Positions 4,813 through 9,821 of a stretch of DNA of 9,821 nt are shown piece by piece. Position 1 is the first letter of the stretch, and the number at the start of each line of letters is the position of its first letter. Source of the DNA: a virus (lineage: Duplodnaviria; Heunggongvirae; Uroviricota; Caudoviricetes); IMG/VR virus record IMGVR_UViG_2802429224_000016; one strand, given 5' to 3'. The notes beneath the pieces are model-generated. The model did no database searches. It was not told the DNA's origin and saw nothing but the letters and a program-made list of their open reading frames with translations. Both the position numbers and the translations under genes were made by a program.

Positions 4813-5112
4813 ATGAACGTTAATCAGCAGAAAAATCTTCAAAAAATCATGCTGGCATTCGACAAGGACTACCGCCTGTCAGAACAGCTATATGACCGAC
4901 AAGTTGAACTGATTGAGAGCATCCGACTTCATCAACTGTCCTCAACTTTCGACGTTGTAACAGGCAAAGGCGTTCGTCAGGAAGTACTGGAGGCTGCTAA
5001 AGACAGCCCTGAGTTCGAAGAACTGATGGATGCCTATCGGCGAGAGGCAATGGCAATTATCGCCCGCTGGGATCTGGCGGATCAGCTTGATGGACAGAGG
5101 GACGCGGCATGA
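4813..5112 (+). CDS. Hypothetical protein (99 aa), translationally coupled to the downstream exonuclease gene
   Basis: ATG 4813 with GGAGGG (4801-4806) 6 nt upstream; the track's ATG 4798 lacks an RBS. Stop overlaps the exonuclease start (ATGA at 5109-5112). No family recognised. Confidence 0.55.
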   Translation: MNVNQQKNLQKIMLAFDKDYRLSEQLYDRQVELIESIRLHQLSSTFDVVTGKGVRQEVLEAAKDSPEFEELMDAYRREAMAIIARWDLADQLDGQRDAA

Positions 5113-6008
5113 TGCGGAACGCTGGAATCATGGATAGAACAAAATACATCGGAGGAAGCGATGTTGCAGGGATTCTTGGAATTAGCCCATGGCGCACCCC
5201 GCTTGAGGTTTATCTGGATAAGGTCCAGCCACGTGTCAAACCAGTAGACCCAAGCAAGCAGAAAGTTTTCACGCGTGGCCAGCGTATGGAGCCATACGTA
5301 ATAGACCTGCTTTCTGAGGAAACAGGGATGGAAATCGTTCATCGCGGAAACCGCTATATCCACCGTGATTACGATTTTATTGCAGCTGAGATCGATGCAG
5401 AAGCAGCGTCAGGCGAGAACATTGAGATCAAAACAGTTAGTCCGTTCAAAGCCAAAGAATGGGGAGAAATCCAGACAGATGCAATTCCTGTGCATTACAC
5501 GGCCCAGGCCATGCACGGGTTGATGGTTACAAACAAACAGGTATGCGTTTTCGGTGTGCTTATCGGTGGCGACGACTTCCGAATCTATCGGGTTGAGCGT
5601 GATGAAGAAACTATCCAGGCGATCTTAGAAAAAGAAATCGCTTTCTGGGACCGAGTGAAAAATCTTAACCCGCCGGAAGCTACCAGCGTAAGCGATGTAT
5701 CGCTGATGTTTGAGAAAGATGCCGGGACAAGTATCGAGGCTGACGGAAAGGCACTCGCACTATTCAACGATCTACGAGACATGAAGTCACGCAGAAAATC
5801 ACTGGAAGAAGAAATAGCTATATCAGAAGAGAAGCTGAAGATGTACATGCAAGAGCACTCAGTCCTGACCCTGGACGGAAAGCCGCTCTGCACATGGAAA
5901 TCTCAGATCAGCAACAGATTCGACCAGAAGCTATTCCAGTCAGTACACCCTGAGTTATTCGAAAAATTCAAAACAACAACGACACAACGCGTCTTCAGAA
6001 TGAAGTAA
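5109..6008 (+). CDS. YqaJ-type viral recombinase-associated exonuclease (lambda-Exo superfamily, PD-(D/E)xK)
   Basis: N-terminal motif IGGSDVAGILGISPWRTPLEVY is typical of YqaJ-family phage exonucleases. Sits immediately upstream of recT. GAGGG RBS before ATG 5109. Confidence 0.85.
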   Translation: MMRNAGIMDRTKYIGGSDVAGILGISPWRTPLEVYLDKVQPRVKPVDPSKQKVFTRGQRMEPYVIDLLSEETGMEIVHRGNRYIHRDYDFIAAEIDAEAASGENIEIKTVSPFKAKEWGEIQTDAIPVHYTAQAMHGLMVTNKQVCVFGVLIGGDDFRIYRVERDEETIQAILEKEIAFWDRVKNLNPPEATSVSDVSLMFEKDAGTSIEADGKALALFNDLRDMKSRRKSLEEEIAISEEKLKMYMQEHSVLTLDGKPLCTWKSQISNRFDQKLFQSVHPELFEKFKTTTTQRVFRMK

Positions 6009-6017
6009 GGAGAAAAA

Positions 6018-7040
6018 ATGTCTATCAATGCACTTAAGGCAGCGGCTACCGGTAACCAAGTTGCACATCATAATGAGAAACCAACAACTCTGGCCGGACT
6101 TCTGGCAGACCCAAAAATTAAAGCTCAGATGGCTTTGGCACTTCCAAAGCACATGACAGCAGACCGTCTGGCGCGCATAGCAACCACAGAGATCCGAAAG
6201 GTTCCAAAACTTGCATCATGCGACCAAGCCAGCTTCCTGGGGGCAATTATGCAATGTGCCCAATTGGGTCTTGAACCAGGCGGAGCTCTTGGACACGCTT
6301 ACCTGATACCGTTCGACAAACGCCAGAAAGTAAATGGAAGATGGGAAACCGTATCTACAGAAGCACAGCTGATTATCGGCTATCGCGGAATGATTGACCT
6401 TGCCCGCCGCTCTGGGCAGATCCTGAGTATCTCGGCTCGTACCGTACATACAAACGACAAATTCAGCTACTCATACGGCCTGGAAGAAACGCTCGAGCAT
6501 TTACCTTGCGAAACAGGTGACCGCGGAGAATTAACGCACGTTTACGCCGTTGCACGACTGAAAGATGGCGGAGTCCAATTTGAAGTTATGAGCCGGGCAG
6601 ACGTTGAGAAAGTTCGTGCACTGAGCAAAGCCGGTAGCAGTGGCCCATGGGTTGATCACTTCGATGAGATGGCTAAAAAAACAGTAATTCGCCGACTGTT
6701 CAAATATCTTCCTGTTTCTATTGAAATGCAGAAGGCTGTTGTTATGGATGAGCGCGCTGAAGCTGGACTTAGCCAAGATAACGCAGCTGTTATCACTGGT
6801 GAATATTCCGTAGTTGACGATGAGCGTCAACACCTGTCGCCAATTTCAGATTCAGAACGAGAAGAAGCTCGAGAATATATCATCGCGATACTTAATAGCC
6901 TGGATCCATCTGCTGAAGATGCAAAAACGATGTTCAAGCGCGCTGAAAATGAAATTAACACCATGGCTGACAAGCTCGGTGATGAATATCACCAAAAATT
7001 CATGATGACGCTTAACGATATGCGTCCAGAATTCGAGTAA
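6018..7040 (+). CDS. recT: RecT-family single-strand annealing recombinase
   Basis: Strong resemblance to Rac-prophage RecT as recalled: MTADRLARIATTEIRKVP, LIIGYRGMIDLARRSGQI, THVYAVARLKDGGVQFEVM, GPWVDHFDEMAKKTVIRRLFKYLPVSIE. AAGGAG RBS before ATG 6018. Confidence 0.9.
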   Translation: MSINALKAAATGNQVAHHNEKPTTLAGLLADPKIKAQMALALPKHMTADRLARIATTEIRKVPKLASCDQASFLGAIMQCAQLGLEPGGALGHAYLIPFDKRQKVNGRWETVSTEAQLIIGYRGMIDLARRSGQILSISARTVHTNDKFSYSYGLEETLEHLPCETGDRGELTHVYAVARLKDGGVQFEVMSRADVEKVRALSKAGSSGPWVDHFDEMAKKTVIRRLFKYLPVSIEMQKAVVMDERAEAGLSQDNAAVITGEYSVVDDERQHLSPISDSEREEAREYIIAILNSLDPSAEDAKTMFKRAENEINTMADKLGDEYHQKFMMTLNDMRPEFE

Positions 7041-7089
7041 CCACCACCGCGGCGCCACACGCGCCGCACTGCAACCAAGAGAGGTATTT

Positions 7090-7338
7090 ATGAAAGGTGC
7101 ATTAGGTAAGAAGGAACTCCTGGCGGTGGTGCCACTGTCATGGAGCACTATCGACCGTATGGAGCGCGCAGGGGAATTTCCTAAACGCTGGTATATCACC
7201 GATAAACGCTGCGCATGGAACCGTGATGAAGTTGAGCGTTGGCTTGATGAACGTCAGGCAGCAAGCCCGGCAGAGTTCCAGGGTAAAAAGCCTCCGGTTC
7301 AGCAACGTGTATATCGTCCTGTGAGCAACGCTGCATGA
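7090..7338 (+). CDS. AlpA/Xis-like small winged-HTH protein (putative excisionase or regulator), 82 aa
   Basis: Motif LLAVVPLSWSTIDRMERAGEFPKRWYITDKRCAWNRDEVERWLDER fits the AlpA/Vis/TorI excisionase-type fold as I recall it. AGAGAGG RBS. Lies between recT and int. Confidence 0.7.
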   Translation: MKGALGKKELLAVVPLSWSTIDRMERAGEFPKRWYITDKRCAWNRDEVERWLDERQAASPAEFQGKKPPVQQRVYRPVSNAA

Positions 7339-7433
7339 GTGTGCTGCAAATGGTCAGGATGGTACTTATTCCTGGCCTCTGTTTCAGCATGGCTTTATCT
7401 GCTGGCATTAATTTTAAGAGAGGGTTGGATTAA

Positions 7434-7733
7434 GTGAGAAAGTTAAGCCGACTTGAAAAATATCACATGAATAAGGTTTCAATGCGCAGTCCGTCAAAGA
7501 TTGTCGCCGTTACTCCTGCGGCGATAGAGATCGAAAAACGCGCGATTGAACGAGAGAAAAAAGGGCAGTTCCGCATTGCCGCCCACCTTTGGCTTCAGTG
7601 TATGGATGTTGCTTCTGGTGATGTTGAGCGTGCAAGGATCGCGGTTCGCAGGGACCAATGTATCACAAAAGGTAACGGCCTTCGCCGTGGCGACTATAGC
7701 GGCATAGGATGTTGCGGGGTGGTTTATGACTAA
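7434..7733 (+). CDS. Hypothetical small protein (99 aa)
   Basis: Coordinates taken from the supplied ORF track; my own reading of the first two codons from the sequence text did not reproduce the track's start, so the start is uncertain (ATG 7467 is an in-frame alternative). Stop TAA 7731-7733 overlaps the methyltransferase start (ATGACTAA). Confidence 0.45.
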   Translation: MRKLSRLEKYHMNKVSMRSPSKIVAVTPAAIEIEKRAIEREKKGQFRIAAHLWLQCMDVASGDVERARIAVRRDQCITKGNGLRRGDYSGIGCCGVVYD

Positions 7734-8376
7734 GAAATACACACTAATCTATGCAGATCCACCCTGGGTATACCGGGACAAAGCCGCAGATGGTAATCGC
7801 GGTGCCGGTTTTAAATATCCAGTTATGAGTGTGCTGGATATCTGCCGCCTTCCTGTGTGGGATTTGGCCGCTGAAAACTGTCTGTTGGCCATGTGGTGGG
7901 TGCCAACACAACCACTCGAAGCACTAAAAGTTGTTGAAGCCTGGGGATTTCGTCTTATGACCATGAAGGGCTTCACGTGGATAAAATGTGGTAGTCGACA
8001 ACCAGATAAACTGGTTATGGGTATGGGACACATGACCCGCGCCAATAGTGAAGATTGCCTGTTTGCGGTAAAGGGAAAACTACCTCCGCGCATTAATGCA
8101 GGGATCGTTCAGTCATTTACCGCACCGCGGCTTGAGCACTCAAGAAAACCAGATGTCGTTCGTGAAAAACTTGTGCAATTGTTAGGCGATGTTTCTCGCA
8201 TTGAACTGTTCGCCCGCCAGTCGTCTCATGACTTCGATGTTTGGGGTAATCAGTGCGAAAACTCGGCAGTGCAACTACACCCTGGATACGCGTTGGATAT
8301 TGGCGGATTAACAAATGCATTCAGCAATTCTCCGCTGTCACCAACAGACAACCAGGGGCGGGAGCGTGCTGCATGA
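7726..8376 (+). CDS. MT-A70-family N6-adenine DNA methyltransferase (DPPW motif), 216 aa
   Basis: N-terminal YTLIYADPPWVY contains the DPPW catalytic motif of MT-A70-type amino-methyltransferases. No adjacent restriction endonuclease gene in the window. Confidence 0.8.
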   Translation: MTKKYTLIYADPPWVYRDKAADGNRGAGFKYPVMSVLDICRLPVWDLAAENCLLAMWWVPTQPLEALKVVEAWGFRLMTMKGFTWIKCGSRQPDKLVMGMGHMTRANSEDCLFAVKGKLPPRINAGIVQSFTAPRLEHSRKPDVVREKLVQLLGDVSRIELFARQSSHDFDVWGNQCENSAVQLHPGYALDIGGLTNAFSNSPLSPTDNQGRERAA

Positions 8377-8567
8377 ACAGGGCATCACCAGCAGATTTAA
8401 GAAAATGCCTTGAAACTGCAAACATGCTTGCACACAGCGGGATCAGGTTTGTTCCAATTCCCGCTGTCACTGATGCTGAATTTGCAACACTGTCAGCAAT
8501 ATTCGAAAACAAAATTGAATCACTGGCAGCAGAAGCAGAGATGGAAGAAAATCAGCAGAACTATTAA
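8373..8567 (+). CDS. Hypothetical protein (64 aa), translationally coupled to the methyltransferase
   Basis: ATG 8373 overlaps the methyltransferase stop (ATGA); GGGAG 8 nt upstream. The longer track ORF from 8253 overlaps the methyltransferase in another frame and is rejected. Product MNRASPADLRKCLETANMLAHSGIRFVPIPAVTDAEFATLSAIFENKIESLAAEAEMEENQQNY. Confidence 0.45.
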   Translation: MNRASPADLRKCLETANMLAHSGIRFVPIPAVTDAEFATLSAIFENKIESLAAEAEMEENQQNY

Positions 8568-8570
8568 ACG

Positions 8571-9821
8571 TTATTCCCCCGCCATCCACTTCTCAAACTT
8601 CGACGGGGAGAACGGAATCAGATCCGTATGCTCCCCGTTAATCCAGGAATCAATCATATCGGCCCACTGCTGCAACATGTAGGCGCGCTGTCTGGCGTAT
8701 TCCGCTTTGTTATATACGGCGCGCACACCTTTCTGCTCATGTGCCAGAGCCTTTTCAATCCAGTCTGAAGGATAACCAGCCTCATGCAACAACGTACTGG
8801 CTGTACGGCGCATATCGTGTACGGTGAAGCCCTGAATATGCTCACCATCTTCATTTATTATTTTCACCGTTCTGTCGATCAGAGAGTTCAGCGCGGCATT
8901 AGATAATGGCTTCCGGAAATTGTAACGACCAGGAACCAGATATTCACTTCCACCAGCGCACATCTGCAACCCAACCAATATATCCTGTGCCTGTTTAGGC
9001 AGGTAAATAACGTGCGCCCGGCTTCCCTTCATGCGGTCTGAAGGAATTGTCCATGTCCATTTTTTAAAATCTATTTCATCCCACGTTGCATTGGTGAATT
9101 CGCCTTTACGAACCATAGTGATAAGCACCAGCTTTAAAGCAATTTTCATAGTGCCCATAGCACCAATGGCATCCAGCGTGCGGAAGAACAGGCCAATTTC
9201 TTCTGGTGTCAGTGTTCGCTCTCGTGGTTTAAATATGGCGATAGACGAAGGTTTAATGTCAGCCGCAGGATTAAACAAACCATGACCACGGTCATTGGCG
9301 TGACGGTATACGCTGCTGATGATCTCCCTGGCCTGTACTGCTGTTGCCCGACCACCACGTTCGACAATGCGGTCACACAAATCACGAACCATCGATGTGG
9401 TAATTTCAGCCATCATTTTGTTGCCAAGAACCGGAAGTATGTCACGGTCGATCACCGCCTGCTTCATTGCGCGGGTACTGTCAGCCAGGATGACGTGTTT
9501 CATATAACTGTCGGTATGTACCGCAAACGTCTCGGCACCACGAATCTTTTTGATACCGTCACGTTTAGCCGCAGCCGGTGACTGGCCTGCTTTAAGCAGC
9601 TTCTTTGCAGCAATCAGTTCTTCTCGCGCTTCTGCCAGGCTGATACCGTCACGCCCATACTGCCCGATTACCAGTGTTTCGCGGCGACCGTTGATACGGT
9701 AGTCATAGCGAAACGAGACCGTGCCTGACGTAAGAACAGCTACATACAGCCCGTCACGATCGGAGACCTTGTACAGTTTGTCCTGCGGCTTGAGGTTTTT
9801 TAATTTTGTATCGGTAAGCAC
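8571..9821 (-). CDS. int: Tyrosine recombinase / phage integrase (P4-type N-terminus), 5' end truncated by the window edge
   Basis: 416 codons open to the window end. N-terminal LTDTKLKNLKPQDKLYKVSDRDGLYV is a P4-like integrase signature; the C-terminus carries HxxR (HDMRRT) and the catalytic-Tyr region (VRAVYNKAEY). The first in-window codon is GTG, so the true start probably lies just beyond 9821. Confidence 0.9.
   Translation of the reverse strand: MLTDTKLKNLKPQDKLYKVSDRDGLYVAVLTSGTVSFRYDYRINGRRETLVIGQYGRDGISLAEAREELIAAKKLLKAGQSPAAAKRDGIKKIRGAETFAVHTDSYMKHVILADSTRAMKQAVIDRDILPVLGNKMMAEITTSMVRDLCDRIVERGGRATAVQAREIISSVYRHANDRGHGLFNPAADIKPSSIAIFKPRERTLTPEEIGLFFRTLDAIGAMGTMKIALKLVLITMVRKGEFTNATWDEIDFKKWTWTIPSDRMKGSRAHVIYLPKQAQDILVGLQMCAGGSEYLVPGRYNFRKPLSNAALNSLIDRTVKIINEDGEHIQGFTVHDMRRTASTLLHEAGYPSDWIEKALAHEQKGVRAVYNKAEYARQRAYMLQQWADMIDSWINGEHTDLIPFSPSKFEKWMAGE

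Noticed and set aside
4624-4842. Track ORF 4624..4842(-)
   Set aside because: Antisense to the 50-aa ORF and the pL-like promoter region; no supporting signals.
5082-6152. Minus-strand track ORFs 5082..5363, 5585..5893 and 5955..6152
   Set aside because: Antisense to the YqaJ-type exonuclease and recT start, both confidently assigned.
6216-7408. Track ORFs 6216..6449(-), 6531..6833(-), 6814..7005(+), 6852..7199(-) and 7196..7408(-)
   Set aside because: Overlap recT or the AlpA-like gene in other frames or on the opposite strand; no RBS or family resemblance.
7494-8320. Minus-strand track ORFs 7494..7742, 7749..8093 and 8117..8320
   Set aside because: Antisense to the small ORF and the MT-A70 methyltransferase (clear DPPW motif).
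8253-8682. Track ORFs 8253..8567(+), 8321..8512(-) and 8410..8682(+)
   Set aside because: 8253..8567 overlaps the methyltransferase in another frame upstream of the coupled ATG 8373, so only 8373..8567 is kept; the other two are shadow frames crossing the int stop.
8654-9581. Track ORFs 8654..8854(-), 9031..9285(+), 9282..9581(+) and 9319..9507(+)
   Set aside because: Lie within the integrase gene in other frames or on the opposite strand.
1-9821. CRISPR arrays, tRNA/rRNA genes, insertion sequences
   Set aside because: No regularly spaced direct repeats with unique spacers, no tRNA-like cloverleaf candidates and no transposase-like ORFs or terminal inverted repeats were seen; the only repeat families are the iterons, the operator palindromes and the 16-bp duplication.

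Overview
This window reads as the early region of a lambdoid prophage from an enterobacterial-type genome, laid out in inverted lambda order. All family calls rest on motifs recognised by eye; no database search was possible. From left to right: (1) a minus-strand long ORF running off the left edge, whose distal part looks like an Ea22-like module; (2) a DUF1064-like PD-(D/E)xK nuclease gene; (3) a lambda-type replication module, with a P-like helicase loader and an O-like initiator that carries ori iterons inside its own coding sequence; (4) a small Cys/His-rich protein at the cII-equivalent position; (5) an immunity region with a Cro-like gene, a divergent tandem-HTH repressor and oR/oL-like operator clusters; (6) a rightward plus-strand operon of two small unknown ORFs, a YqaJ-type exonuclease, RecT, an AlpA/Xis-like protein, a small ORF, an MT-A70-type adenine methyltransferase and a 64-aa ORF; (7) a convergent P4-type tyrosine integrase truncated at the right edge. 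The most notable signals are a 15-bp palindrome TTACC-N5-GGTAA found eight times, only in intergenic regions and at four separate loci; a repressor with two HTH domains and no LexA-like peptidase domain; and a perfect 16-bp tandem duplication that fuses two ORFs in frame. No rRNA, tRNA, CRISPR array or transposase was seen.
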